Shown here: positions 1 to 10,833 of the stretch, piece after piece
Position numbering within the stretch: the stretch's first letter is position 1
Layout of the letters: the number at the start of each line of letters is the position of its first letter
From: Chloropicon primus
Taxonomy: Eukaryota
Assembly (NCBI GenBank): GCA_023205875.1
Contig: CP060763.1
Location: forward strand, 434,001-498,000
Direction: 5' to 3'
Length of the DNA: 64,000 bases
Program-made: the position numbers and the translations under genes
Notes under the pieces: model-generated
The model's database searches: none
The model's input: only the letters and a program-made list of their open reading frames with translations
What the model was told of the DNA's origin: nothing

Positions 1-46
1 ACTCCCGGACTTTGTTCGACCGCTCCATTGGCCGTCGTCAGCTTAC

Positions 47-859
47 CTTCTCCGCCAGGTGCCACTCCCAAATCGGCGTGAAGTCGCACTTCTCCAGCGT
101 CTTTATAACGTGGTTCTTCCCCAAGACAGCCTTCATGGCGTTCCAAGCGTTCTTCACAAAAGTTTGTTTCTTGAGGTACTCAGTCTCCCTCATCATCGCG
201 TAAGCCGTCATGACCTCCTCCTGCTCAGGGGTCAGATCGACAGCCTTGTTGTCGTAAAGCATCTTGACTCCGTGCGGCTTGTACTCCGGAGGGAAGAGCA
301 CACCCCAGTGTTGCAGCTTGGTCCACATTTGCTTCTTCCCCTTCCCTTCCGCCCCTTTGCCGTTCGCCCCCTTCGTCGTGGCCATTCTCTTGATCTTCGA
401 CTTGATCCCCTTGCCCTTGACCGTCTTCTTCTTCGCCACCCTCGACGCCGCCGCCGCAGAGGCCTTGAGCTTCTCGTCCTTCCTCTTCTTCTTGATCTTT
501 TCGTTTTTGATCTTTCTCAAAGTCTCGCTCCTTCCGCTGCTGCTGCCGCTGTAAACCGACTTCAACGACTTCTTGTCCGACGGAACCTTCTTCGATTGCT
601 GCGACGGCGGAGCGGGAAGCTTCGCCATCCTCGCAGCAAGCGGAACGTCATCACTATCACTGTCCGAGTCCTCCACCTTCTTGTCCCTTTTCTCTTCTTT
701 TTGGATCGGGATCGGGACAGAACCTTCGCCACCTGCGCTCCTTTTCGCGACAGGAGACGACGACGACGACAACTTTGCCTTCGAATCCACTGCGGTGTCA
801 CGCTCTCTCTTCACGGACACCATCTGTGCCAGCGGCACCTCTTCCGAGCTCGACGACAT
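47..859 (-). CDS. TOP1: DNA topoisomerase I (type IB), 5' exon only; gene continues beyond the left edge
   Basis: Lys/Ser-rich N-terminus followed by the conserved core start WTKLQHWGVLFPPEYKPHGVKMLYDNKAVDLTPEQEEV...LEKCDFTPIWEW. GTAAGC donor at 46. ATG chosen at 859 (MSSSSEE); ORF is open up to 1027. Confidence 0.93.
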
Positions 860-1219
860 CCTCTCGCCCCCTCCACCCCCTTCGGTGGTGGCTCTCGCTC
901 TCTCGCTCTCTCTGCTCTGCTGCTCCTCATCGATGGAGGGAATGGAGGGTGGAGGATGGAGGGCGAGGACGGGGGTTGTGAATGGGAAGGGCGGTGCAGG
1001 TGACACACTTGCCTCTTCCTCTTTCATCTTTCGTTGGGCACTTCACTTGGAACGATTTCGTGTGCCATGGTGAGGAGGAAGAGTTGGGTCGTGTGGTGGA
1101 GTGTGGGTGGGCGAACCAAGGAGAAGAAAGTTAAGGTACAAGGAAAGCATATCCTTTTGTAATGATACACTACTAATGGCACAGCAGGGGGGCACCACCC
1201 ATCGCCCTCGGTCCCGGGA

Positions 1220-2121
1220 TCACGATTTTCGGATGGTCCAAACCTGGGTGACGTCCTTCTTCTGATCGGACGAGACCTTGCAGGAGGCGATGCCGTATCC
1301 CGCGGATTTGAGGAGCGCTTTGGTTCCATAAGCGTCAAAGGCTGTGGCCAACGGAAGGTATTTCTTGCTCGAGGAGTCGATCTCCACGTACTCCGTCCCC
1401 CACAGGGTCGCTGCCCCAGTGACACGAACAAGAAACGAGGAGCTCCCATCCAACTTGATGAAGTTATCGGCCAAGTCCGTCTGAACGCGAGGCGGGAGGT
1501 CCGAGACCGAAGCGCGAAGCGCGTAGCCCTTTCCGACCAGGTGATCCAGCCAGGCCTGAACCAACGCCTGGGGTCCAGACGCGGAAGCCACCCTGAGCTT
1601 CTCTGTGAGCGCCGCATCAACGGGAGGCAGGTTGGGCGCCGCAGAGGACTCCGCTTCAGCTTCAGGGGAAGGCGCTGCTCCGCCGCCCTCGTCAAAATCG
1701 ATCAAAGCTTCCGTGTTCACAGGCAAGGCGACCACGGACGAGTCCAAAATTCCAACGCCCAGGCGGGAGAGAATGCCGGAACCCACTCTGTCCTCAAAGT
1801 CAGAGATGAGGCTTTGGGACGCACCGGCCTCGGCCAACGTTTTGGCCGCGACGTGAAACAGACAGAAGCTGATGAAGTCGAGGTAGGAGCTGTTGGTGAG
1901 GTCGCCCACGGATGGCTGAAGGGGCTGAAGCGCGGCGATGTAATCCCCTTGCACCTGCTGCCGATACAGCCAGAACTCTTTCTGGAACGTTTGCATTGAA
2001 ACGAGTTCCAAGTCTTCCACGCTGCTGTACAAGGACCTCATGAAGGACACGGCCACGACATCGTTCACCGTCTTCCGAGGAAACTTCACGGCATCTGAAC
2101 GGAGTCGAGGCGTCAGCAAGG

Positions 2122-2163
<42 letters not shown>

Positions 2164-2376
2164 GTTTGCTTGGGACTCGTCATGGCATTTACCTGGCATC
2201 CTCTTGAACGGAAGTTCCAGGCCCAACGCCTCCGCCTCGGGCAGCCTCGTTGCGAAGGTGAAAGCCGGGAGACCCACGATCGATGTGACGAAGGCCCTCC
2301 TCGACGAACCCGCCGCCCATTGCCTCCGAGGCGGAGCCCCTCGCGGCCAACCTCCCGTCTTCGCCTTGGCTGCCAT
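1220..2376 (-). CDS. Unknown protein with a bipartite plastid/thylakoid-lumen (Tat) signal; exons 2376-2193, 2094-1220
   Basis: Exon 1 encodes SRRAFVTSIVGLPAF...EAEA|LG (twin-Arg, hydrophobic stretch, AxA). GTAAAT donor and TTCAG acceptor with a GCTGAC branch point join in phase 1 to the 1220 ORF. Confidence 0.7.
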
Positions 2377-2613
2377 CAGCCACAAAACTAATCTCGAGGG
2401 AGATCCTGGAGAGGAAAGGATCGAGGATTATGTTTTGCTATGTTTGGGGGCAAGGAGGAGTGTAATGTGGGACACGGGACGTCCGTGTGTGATGATGGAT
2501 CCTGTTCTTATTACGACGGGGATGTCGTCTGTCTCTTGCCCCTTTACTTCCGAGGACGAAAGCAAGCATCTGGTTTGAGTCGTTGATTAAGAAATTGTTT
2601 TGATTGATTTTGA

Positions 2614-4653
2614 TTAGGCCGCGACGGGGTCGACGATGTAGGCCAGGACGGCACCGTCGCCGACCTTGGTGTCCTTCTGGAGGCTCAGGCCGCTGATGAC
2701 GCCGTCCTTGCTGGCTCTGATGATGTACTCCATCTTCATGGCCTCAATGGCCAGAATGGCGTCCCCCTTCTTGAGCTCCATGCCGTCCTCGGCGAAGACC
2801 TGCACCACCCTTCCTGGCATGGGGGAGGTGATGGACTTCTTGCCGGACTGGTCCTCCTCCACCGTGTGGTCCACGGCGGGGAAAGCTGCAGCAAAGTGGC
2901 TGCCTCCGGAGAGGAACACGTGGATGGCCTCCTTGCCACTCGCGCCGTCCGCGACCGCAAAATCGCCTCTGTGCTGCTGGCCGTCGATTTCGATCTCGAA
3001 CTTGCTGTCGCTGAGGGTCAGCATGTTGGCGACCTGGCCCTCGACGATGACCTCTCCGCCCTTGCCGTACTCCACCTCCGTGACTACCGCGTCGTCGCCA
3101 TCCAACTCCACCTCGATCTCCCTCCTGTAGGAGATGCCAGTCCCCCTGAAACCGTCGGAGGCTCCCCAAGGGGAAGCCGCGGCAGCGGCGGAGGCACCCT
3201 CGATCTTGCACCTGAGGGCGAGGGCGAGGGCGAGCCAGTGTCGCCTCTCCGCCTCTCCGGCCTTGGCAAAGAGCTCCTTCTCGTGCTTTGGAATGAAGTT
3301 TGTCTCGATGTCCCCCTCCAAGAACTTTTCGTGCTTCATGATGGTCTGCAAGAACCCGACGTTGTTGGGGAGGTCGGCAATCTGCAGCTCGCCCAAAGCC
3401 TTCTGCATGCTGGTGATGGCCTCGGCCCTGTCCTTGCCCTTGGTGATCATCTTGGCGATCATCGGATCGTAGTAGTCCGTCACCGAGTCGCCCTGCCTGA
3501 CCCCGCTGTCCACCCTGACCTTGTCTGTGAGGGCGAACTCTGTCGTCTCCGGGGGAACCTTGAGCCTGAGCAGATCCCCGGTAGCGGGCAAGAAATCGTT
3601 GTAAGGGTTCTCGGCATACAGCCTCACCTCGACGGCATGGCCGTCACACTTCACGTCCTTCTGCTTGAAAGGCATCTCTTCCCCAGAGGCCACCCTGAGC
3701 TGAAGCTCTACCAGGTCGACTCCTGTGACGCTCTCGGAAACGGGGTGCTCGACCTGCAGCCTCGTGTTCATCTCCATGAAGTAGAACTCCCACGTGTCGG
3801 CATCCACGAGGAACTCGACGGTTCCGGCGTTCTCGTAACCCACCGCCCTCGCCGCGTCAATGGCAGCCTTGTGCAGCTGGTTCTGAAAGTCCTTGGTGAT
3901 GCCGAACGCCGGTGCTTCCTCTATGATCTTCTGGTGCCTTCTCTGAACAGAGCAGTCCCTCTCGTAAAAGTGAAGGATGTTGCCGTGGCCATCCGCGAGA
4001 ACCTGCACCTCGATGTGCCTGGGCTGGCCCACGTACTTCTCTAGCAGGACCCTCTGGTCTCCGAAGGAAGACAACGCCTCCCTCTGCGCCGACTGGATCG
4101 CATCGACGCACTCGTCCTCGCTCTGCGCGACCTTCATTCCCTTGCCGCCTCCGCCGAGGGCAGCTTTCACGAGCACGGGGAATCCGATCTTCTTGCACTC
4201 CTCCACCAGAGTCTCCAAAGACTGGTCGGACCCGTGGTACCCTGGGACCAAGGGCACACCCGCTTTCTCCATGATCACTTTGGACTCGATCTTATCGCCC
4301 ATGGCTCGGATTGCCGACGCCGGTGGCCCAACGAACTTGATGCCGTTGCTCGCGCAGTCTTGCGCAAAGTCAGTGTTCTCGGAAAGGAAACCGTACCCGG
4401 GATGGATGTGCGTTGCGCCCGTTCTCAGGGCCACGTCGATGATCCTATCCTTCCTGAGGTAGCTATCCTTGGCGGCAGCACTTCCGATGCAGAAAGCTTC
4501 GTCGGCGTACGTCACGTGCTTGGCCATCTCGTCGACCTTGGAGTAGACCGCGACCGTGGGCACCCCCAGCCTCCTCGCCGTCTTCATCACTCTGCATGCT
4601 ATCTCCCCTCGATTCGCCACGAGGAGCTTCCTCACTGCACCCAACTGGTTCAT
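2614..4653 (-). CDS. MCCA: 3-methylcrotonyl-CoA carboxylase alpha (biotin-containing) subunit
   Basis: Biotin carboxylase motifs ANRGEIA, HPGYGFLSEN and EMNTRLQVEHPV; SPW..DGFR; C-terminal biotinyl domain EAMKM. Single exon from ATG 4653. Confidence 0.92.
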   Translation of the reverse strand: MNQLGAVRKLLVANRGEIACRVMKTARRLGVPTVAVYSKVDEMAKHVTYADEAFCIGSAAAKDSYLRKDRIIDVALRTGATHIHPGYGFLSENTDFAQDCASNGIKFVGPPASAIRAMGDKIESKVIMEKAGVPLVPGYHGSDQSLETLVEECKKIGFPVLVKAALGGGGKGMKVAQSEDECVDAIQSAQREALSSFGDQRVLLEKYVGQPRHIEVQVLADGHGNILHFYERDCSVQRRHQKIIEEAPAFGITKDFQNQLHKAAIDAARAVGYENAGTVEFLVDADTWEFYFMEMNTRLQVEHPVSESVTGVDLVELQLRVASGEEMPFKQKDVKCDGHAVEVRLYAENPYNDFLPATGDLLRLKVPPETTEFALTDKVRVDSGVRQGDSVTDYYDPMIAKMITKGKDRAEAITSMQKALGELQIADLPNNVGFLQTIMKHEKFLEGDIETNFIPKHEKELFAKAGEAERRHWLALALALRCKIEGASAAAAASPWGASDGFRGTGISYRREIEVELDGDDAVVTEVEYGKGGEVIVEGQVANMLTLSDSKFEIEIDGQQHRGDFAVADGASGKEAIHVFLSGGSHFAAAFPAVDHTVEEDQSGKKSITSPMPGRVVQVFAEDGMELKKGDAILAIEAMKMEYIIRASKDGVISGLSLQKDTKVGDGAVLAYIVDPVAA

Positions 4654-4725
4654 CCTGGCCACTAAAGCGTATCCCTCTCCTGGTACTTCGCGCGACCTTT
4701 CCCAGGACTCACGGCGTCAATTCCG

Positions 4726-4925
4726 TCGAGCGATGCGTCAATCGAAAGATCTAGAAATCTTCTTTCGGATAGAATCCCCCCCAAGCCCTTTGCGTCTCCA
4801 CCCGACCAACACACCCTCCTCCAATGCACCTCCCTCGCCTTGGTGCCGTCACTTTCCCTCCCCTGTCCTCTCTCCCCTCGCTCGCCCCGGACCTCAATTC
4901 CGTCAACCAAGGTATCAATTGAAAG
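4726..4925 (-). promoter_or_regulatory. Two copies of the dispersed CTTTC element upstream of MCCA (4726-4748, 4903-4925)
   Basis: Minus strand reads AGATCTTTCAATTGATACCTTGGTTGACGGAATTGA and AGATCTTTCGATTGACGCATCGCTCGACGGAATTGA; the cores are 177 bp apart. Confidence 0.65.
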
Positions 4926-5280
4926 ATCTCGACAAGACCTTTCGTTTCGTGTTCTTCTTTGACCTCCACGTGCCGTTCCTCGCGCGGTATCGTCCAAGAC
5001 GCTCCCCCTTTGAACCCCCAAGTGCGTCGAGGTGCTGGCTGAGTTGGCCCTTTTCTCGCGCTGACGTGCCCTGACGCTGCCCCATGCATTTTGACAATTC
5101 CGCGGAGCAGAGACGAAATCCCTTTTCCAAAAGGAGAGAGAGAGGAGAGGAGAGGAGAACCTCGGGGGGGAATCCAATCCATCACAACGACGACGAGGGA
5201 AGGGAGGGGAGTCCAAGCCAGTGACGAGGTAGATTGCTGATTAGCACATCGGAATACGCAACTTTTGCAGCCGCCGGAGG

Positions 5281-5418
5281 GGAGGAGGATAGACGAAACG
5301 TCACCCCACTTGACATCTTGGACAACAAACCACCCAGGAGAGTAGGTTTGGAGGAGGATAGACGAAACGTCACCCCACTTGACATCTTGGACAACAAAAC
5401 ACCCAGGAGAGTAGGTTT
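5281..5418. repeat. 69-bp tandem duplication (2 copies, 1 mismatch) nested between 25-bp direct repeats at 5204-5228 and 5443-5467
   Basis: GGAGGAGGATAGACGAAACGTCACCCC...GAGTAGGTTT occurs twice; GAGGGGAGTCCAAGCCAGTGACGAG flanks both sides. Confidence 0.95.
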
Positions 5419-5467
5419 GCACCATCCATCACAACCACAAGAGAGGGGAGTCCAAGCCAGTGACGAG

Positions 5468-6067
5468 ATGGTGATGCTGCCAGAGGAGGTGGAGGGCGAG
5501 ATTTTGGCGGGAGGGGAGGAGGACCTTGTTGTGGATCAAGATCAGGACGAGAGTTTCTTCGAAGTCGTGGACAGTGGGGAGCACCAGAACGAGCAGACGA
5601 ACCTGATTGACGCCGTGGTCGGAAAGCTCGAGGAGATCTTGGTGGACGAGATCTTTGAGACCGCGAGAATGGATTTTTGCCGGAGCAACTGCGGCGTCTT
5701 CGACGAGTCTGAGGAGAACAAGCTGGAGTACACCGCCCTGTTCCGAAACTTCTCCGAGCTGGTGGAGAAGACTTTGGAGGAGAGGCTCAAGGTGGAGTTC
5801 CCGCAATTCACGGTGCCGTGGTTCGTCGACATGTTGAAGGACAAGCCCTGCGACGGCGACGTGTTCGACATGCTCTTTGGTCTCACAGACTTCCAGGAGT
5901 TTAAGGAGATGATGGTGTCCTTCAAGAAGGAGAAAGAGGTCGAATCGGGCGAGCCCTCCAAGGAGATGGCAGTCTGCAGGATGAGGATCTACTCCGAGGA
6001 GCAAGAGGATGGCGACGCGAGGCCTGACCTGGACGACTTGGCTTCTGTCGTCCCCTTGGCGAACTAA
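5468..6067 (+). CDS. ARL2BP: ARL2-binding protein / BART-domain protein
   Basis: DAVVGKLEEILVDEIFE...F...EENKLEYTALF..F.ELVE...DVFDML..LTDFQEFKEMM is typical of BART. ATG at 5468. Confidence 0.82.
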   Translation: MVMLPEEVEGEILAGGEEDLVVDQDQDESFFEVVDSGEHQNEQTNLIDAVVGKLEEILVDEIFETARMDFCRSNCGVFDESEENKLEYTALFRNFSELVEKTLEERLKVEFPQFTVPWFVDMLKDKPCDGDVFDMLFGLTDFQEFKEMMVSFKKEKEVESGEPSKEMAVCRMRIYSEEQEDGDARPDLDDLASVVPLAN

Positions 6068-6555
6068 AGACCTGAATCTTCCTCCTCGACAACAAGAAAG
6101 CAAGAATGAGGGAGAGGGAGAGAGGGAGAGAGGGAGAGAGGGAGGTGAGTCCCCTCCACATTGTAAACATACGTTAGATGGTCACACCACATTGCCCTGA
6201 TGAAGCAGCATCAACATCACCACCTCAGACTTCTTCACCACCTCATAGCATAGCATCGTCTCTTCCTCTCCTTTGGGACAAGAAGAAAGGAAAAAAAGAG
6301 TGAGAGCGCGACAGCGTGAGAGAGTTGATGACGGGAGAATTCCTCCACACTGCACGCCCAGGTGGTCCCCACATTGTCCCGATCAAGCATCACTCTCACT
6401 CACTCTCCCTCCCTCCTCCATGAGAAGGAGGAGGAGCATCTTCATTTTTTCTCTCTCTCCAGACGAAGGACGAAGGCCCTTTCGTACGTTTCGGTTTCGG
6501 TTCAGAAGGGGAAGAGGAGGACGCGCGCGGCCAAGGGACGCGAGACGGGAGGATC

Positions 6556-6760
6556 ATGTACATCATCGACGTTGTTTTGATGCTCTTGCAGCCGACGCTG
6601 TACATCTTTTGGGGAGGCTTGACGCTTGCACACTTTCAGATTCTGTATCAGTACGCGTTGCACTGGCTTACGATGGCTTCGAAGAGCGAGTACACGAGCC
6701 CGTTTGCGGTAAGTGGGGCGTCCTTCCCGGATCGACTCTGGACTCTCCACTGACGGATCC

Positions 6761-6791
<31 letters not shown>

Positions 6792-6977
6792 GCTCTGCAG
6801 GTTTACTTTCAGACGATCACGGCCAACTTGGAGAGAGTGATGGGCGCGCCGAATGCGATGAAGTTCAACTTCACTCACGTTCTCCTGGCCTCTTTGCTCA
6901 TCGCGGCCCTCGTGAGCGTGGAGAAGCTGAGGATTATCATCGACAGGAGCATCGCTATGAAGTACAAGACGCAGTGA
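6556..6977 (+). CDS. Small (109 aa) hydrophobic protein of unknown function; exons 6556-6708, 6801-6977
   Basis: GTAAGT donor at 6709, CTGAC branch point, (CT)n tract and CTGCAG acceptor at 6800 give a phase-0 join; two hydrophobic segments. Confidence 0.65.
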
Positions 6978-7201
6978 AGAGCGCTTGCCTTCCGAGGGAG
7001 GGAGCGAAAGGACTGGGAAGGCAACGTCCTTTGGTGGCGTCTCGCTCGGCTTGGGTGTGAGTCCAGCGGATTCGTGACGACCCTCGAGGGCGTCGGGCCG
7101 TCTGTTCTGCAACAAGAAAGGACTCGTGTAATACAATGTACTCCAGCTGACTGGATAGGTAAAACTGCTGTACAAAAAAAACAAAACAAAACAACTTGGT
7201 T

Positions 7202-7830
7202 TTACAGAAAACCAGCGAGGGAGGACAACGTGTCTTGCCGACAGTCCTGCGTTATCGTCGCTGGGCCCAGGTAGAGGTTCATGAGCTCGCTGTTGAGGGC
7301 CTCCGAGTGGACGGCGTTCTGGCGGCGCGGCCGGAAGAGAAGGAGAAGTCAGTCAGTCAGCCTGGGGTACGGTATGGCATGTAACCCAGCAGCGGCACTC
7401 ACCTTCTTCCTGCCGTCAATGAAAGTGGTCACGGTGCCATTCTTCGACGAGAGAGTAATCACTGTTCCCTTCCTGAACTTTTCGCCCTCGAACGCCTTTG
7501 AGAAGCTCTCAAAGCACTCGCCTTCCCCCCTCCTCCTCAGAGTGTCACCAATCTGGTCGTCTGTGAACGGCGCACGCGGCGGCAAACAGAGACAAGAGAG
7601 TCGGTCAGAAACAAGTCAATAGCGTCTCCCGTGGTCACTCACCCAGAGATTTCGAAATCTGCTTCCCGGTAGCCCTTGGGAACACGACCACAAGCCGGAT
7701 CACGTTCTTCCTGTTGCCGTCCAGCACGCCCTCGAGGAGCTTCTCTGGCGTGTTCTTCTTCTTGTCGCCGAAGACTCCCTTCTTCTGACGAGCGACGTCC
7801 CCCTGGAGACGCGCGATGAAAACGACACAC

Positions 7831-7862
<32 letters not shown>

Positions 7863-8343
7863 CTCAAGTCAGCGAGGGTTCGACCATCGCGAGGGACTGG
7901 ACTGGACTGGACCTCACCTTGTTCAAGTACACCCCAACAGCATACGCCGTGATCGCTGCTATCCCCGCGAGCCTCTTCTTCCGGACTCCGACACCCGCGA
8001 GGTCCACGCAGCTTGATCCTGATCGATCCCCTGCGAGGCAAACCGCCCCCGGGAAGCTCATCCCACTCCTCGGTTCTTTCTTTCCACCCTTCTTGACCTC
8101 CCGAATCACCCCTTTGCTCGTTCTCGCCCTCTCCCCTTTCCACGGCAACGAAGGCATCTTGGACTTCAAGTTCTCGTGGAGCTGGAGGGCTAGGCTCGCG
8201 GGCTTCGTCCTCAGCCACCGCTCCCTGCCTCCCACACCCTCCTCCCCTCCTTGCCCTTCGCCCTCTCCCTCTCGACCGCCCCTTCGCCTCATCCTCTCTG
8301 ACGCGAGATCTGATCTTCCGCAGCGTGGCTTCATCTCCCTCAT
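7202..8343 (-). CDS. Chalcone-isomerase-fold fatty-acid-binding protein (FAP-like); exons 8343-7918, 7802-7643, 7560-7403, 7318-7202
   Basis: EPRSGMSFP...LAGVGVRKKR...YAVGVY...IRLVVV...F.KGTVI...MNLYLG are CHI-fold motifs; three GT-AG introns join in frame. Confidence 0.8.
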
Positions 8344-8625
8344 GGCGTGATCTGGTCGAGTGTGATGGGACGTTTCACTTGGTTCCCCTCTCGAGAGGGG
8401 AGAGAGGGTTGGTGTGTGTGTGGGGGGTCATTCGCAGAGGTTTTGTCCAAGCAAGCTCTTCGTGCACCCACGACCGGACGTCCGTTGTAGGACTATTTCT
8501 CCAGGCCGGGAACGCGGCCAAGAGCAAAGGTGGTGTAGCGCATAAGAAGTCCTTGAGTTTGGGGAAAAAAGTAGTAGAATTACATGGATTACTCTGTAGA
8601 CAAAAAAAAAATCACGTTTTTCACT

Positions 8626-9768
8626 TCACGGGCCGAAGGTTGTGCCTATTCTGGTCGGATTGTACCCGCCCCCACCGTCCTGGGCCTGGGTCTTCAAGTC
8701 CATGAAGTTCTCCCCGTCGCGCGCGAACAGTCGCCTCACGTTGATCAGGGAGAGCTCGTCCATCTTGGAGATGGTGAGGTCGGCGTGGGCCAGGTCGTAA
8801 TGTCTGTAGGTGCCGACCATGCCTACCGCTTTCATCGTGCAGTTGTGGCTCGCCGTGATGAAGGCTGGGCTCCCCGTGAAAGTAACGCACTTTTTCGGAG
8901 GCCTCGCAATCTTGATCGAGGCGGAAAGAAGCTGACTCGCGTGGGTATCCATGTCGTCCTCCGCCGTGACGAGGGCGTCGAAAACCTGGCCCAAGCTCAG
9001 CCTGTCCAGAGCGTTGGTCACAGCGTCCCTCGACATTGTGCTCACGACCGCCTTGGGGATGTTGAACTCGTCCACCTTCTGCAGCCACTCCTCTACTCCT
9101 GGAAGGGCCTGCGAGCTCTCCTCGAACTTCTCAAAGTAGATCTCGTTCAAGCGGTACCCCAGCCTCCTGGCGTACGCAAAGTCCCTCGTCCAGCACAACA
9201 TCTCGGTAATGGCCCTCTCGGGAACGGACTCGTATATAAATGGCCGCTCTATCTCCGGCCACTTGAAGTCTTCTTCCTCTGCGAGCTGCTTCCACGCCTC
9301 CCTCAGGAGGTCCTTCGTGTCCGTGATCACTCCGTCCCAAGTGAATATCAACCCGTGGGCCTCATCCGGCGCGATGCCGCTGTGCCTTATGCGCGTGGCG
9401 CCCTTCACCTCCAAGCGCTCGTTCAGCTTGTCCACGTCGAGGCGGACGTCCCCCGAAAAACGAAAGTCCACAAAACCCGTGTCCCCGTACTCGGCTCCCA
9501 CTTGGTCCCTGGGATCTTCGTCCTCCGACCAACCCTCGCCGTCGAAGGAGCTCCGGCTGAACTCGTCGACGCCCATCGCGCCCACCGCCACCCGGGGCGA
9601 GAACGAGCAAGAGAGGTACCTCCTCGCCCCCCCCCTGTCCTCCCTCCGCACGGACCCTCCGCAAGTCAGCCACCGCCCGGAGCTCGCCCGCCTGCTCGTC
9701 GAGGCCGACACCGCACCTCCCGATCGCGACGACGACGACGACGCCGTCAACACAGACCCACGATTCAT
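8626..9768 (-). CDS. Plastid HAD-like hydrolase (PyrP2-related, atypical motif I)
   Basis: Ser/Arg-rich transit peptide, then GLIFTWDGVITDT..L.REAWKQLAEEE and a HAD fold (FDALVTAED, P.KCV.F). Confidence 0.8.
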   Translation of the reverse strand: MNRGSVLTASSSSSRSGGAVSASTSRRASSGRWLTCGGSVRREDRGGARRYLSCSFSPRVAVGAMGVDEFSRSSFDGEGWSEDEDPRDQVGAEYGDTGFVDFRFSGDVRLDVDKLNERLEVKGATRIRHSGIAPDEAHGLIFTWDGVITDTKDLLREAWKQLAEEEDFKWPEIERPFIYESVPERAITEMLCWTRDFAYARRLGYRLNEIYFEKFEESSQALPGVEEWLQKVDEFNIPKAVVSTMSRDAVTNALDRLSLGQVFDALVTAEDDMDTHASQLLSASIKIARPPKKCVTFTGSPAFITASHNCTMKAVGMVGTYRHYDLAHADLTISKMDELSLINVRRLFARDGENFMDLKTQAQDGGGGYNPTRIGTTFGP

Positions 9769-10051
9769 CGCTTCCCTTGTCCTCCCGCTCCCCTCTCCCC
9801 GCTCGAGCAAAAAACACAAAACCCTTTTCGAGAAAGATGTGGAAGAAAGGAGGCTCTCACGGCGAGAAAACGCAAGCGTCCCGTCCCGTTCCTCCGGTCC
9901 TCTGAACTCCTCGGCCGGCTCGCCTCCTCACTCCCCTCCCTTTGCCCCTCCGCGCCCCACTCTTGCAGCAATCCTGGTCCAACCCAAAGCGAGTCGAAAC
10001 AAGTTTCACACGTTCAAGGATCAGTACATCTCCATCCCGAGGTCCCTCCCC

Positions 10052-10095
10052 TCGAGCGAGAGCTCTTTCGAAAGAAGAGGACAAGACGCTTCGTT
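10052..10095 (-). promoter_or_regulatory. CTTTC element copy upstream of the HAD gene
   Basis: Minus strand: AACGAAGCGTCTTGTCCTCTTCTTTCGAAAGAGCTCTCGCTCGA. Confidence 0.55.
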
Positions 10096-10833
10096 TGATT
10101 CGGCCACCTTTCCCTCTCGTTGCCCACTCCTCCTCCCAGTCGCCTCAGAGACTCACCCCTCGCGTTCAAGTCTCCCCTCCTGCGCCTTGATCGCGAAGAT
10201 CTCGTGGTTTGGGGGCCCTGAAAATCAAAATCCGTGGAGAGTAGAAAACACATCTAAGCGTATAACACTTATAAATACACTCTGTACACCTTTCAAGAGC
10301 CTTTCGGGGGCTCTGAAGTCCTCTCAATTATGAAAGGACTCTCCTTCTCTTTCTCTCTCTCTCTCTCTCGTTCCTCCTCCTGTCTTGTTCCTACGCCCTC
10401 GTTTTGGAAAGGTGCTTCCTTTCTCTCTTCCCTTTCCCCTCGGCGCGGAGGAGGAGTGATGTCACGTTAAGTTTCGTTTCGTCTAGTAGTCCAAGTTCCA
10501 AGCCCACTCCTGGAAGTATACTCCAAGATTAGCATCTTTCTCTTGGCTCTGTCACCGGGACCGGGACAGAGAGGGCCTCTGGACTCTCTGTGTTGCGGAG
10601 GAGGACATCGGCACGGAAAGGACGCCTATTCCACCGGAATTGGACCAGGACTCGTTCCAATCGCACTACCTCATCTCATCTTGACGACCAGAGCTCCAAC
10701 CATCAAGAGAGAGACAGAGAGAGACAGAGACCTGACCTTTGTCCAGGTCAGTCCAAGCCAAGCCAGCATGGCAGCCTAGTCCAGAAGATCTCTGCGTGCG
10801 TGCGTCGTTAGGAAGATCGACCGACATCGAGAC

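Noticed and set aside
8584..10098. 504-aa plus-strand ORF and the many similar long antisense ORFs (e.g. 29595-30983, 50400-51851, 17483-18763)
   Set aside because: They overlap well-supported genes on the opposite strand and are expected from high GC3.
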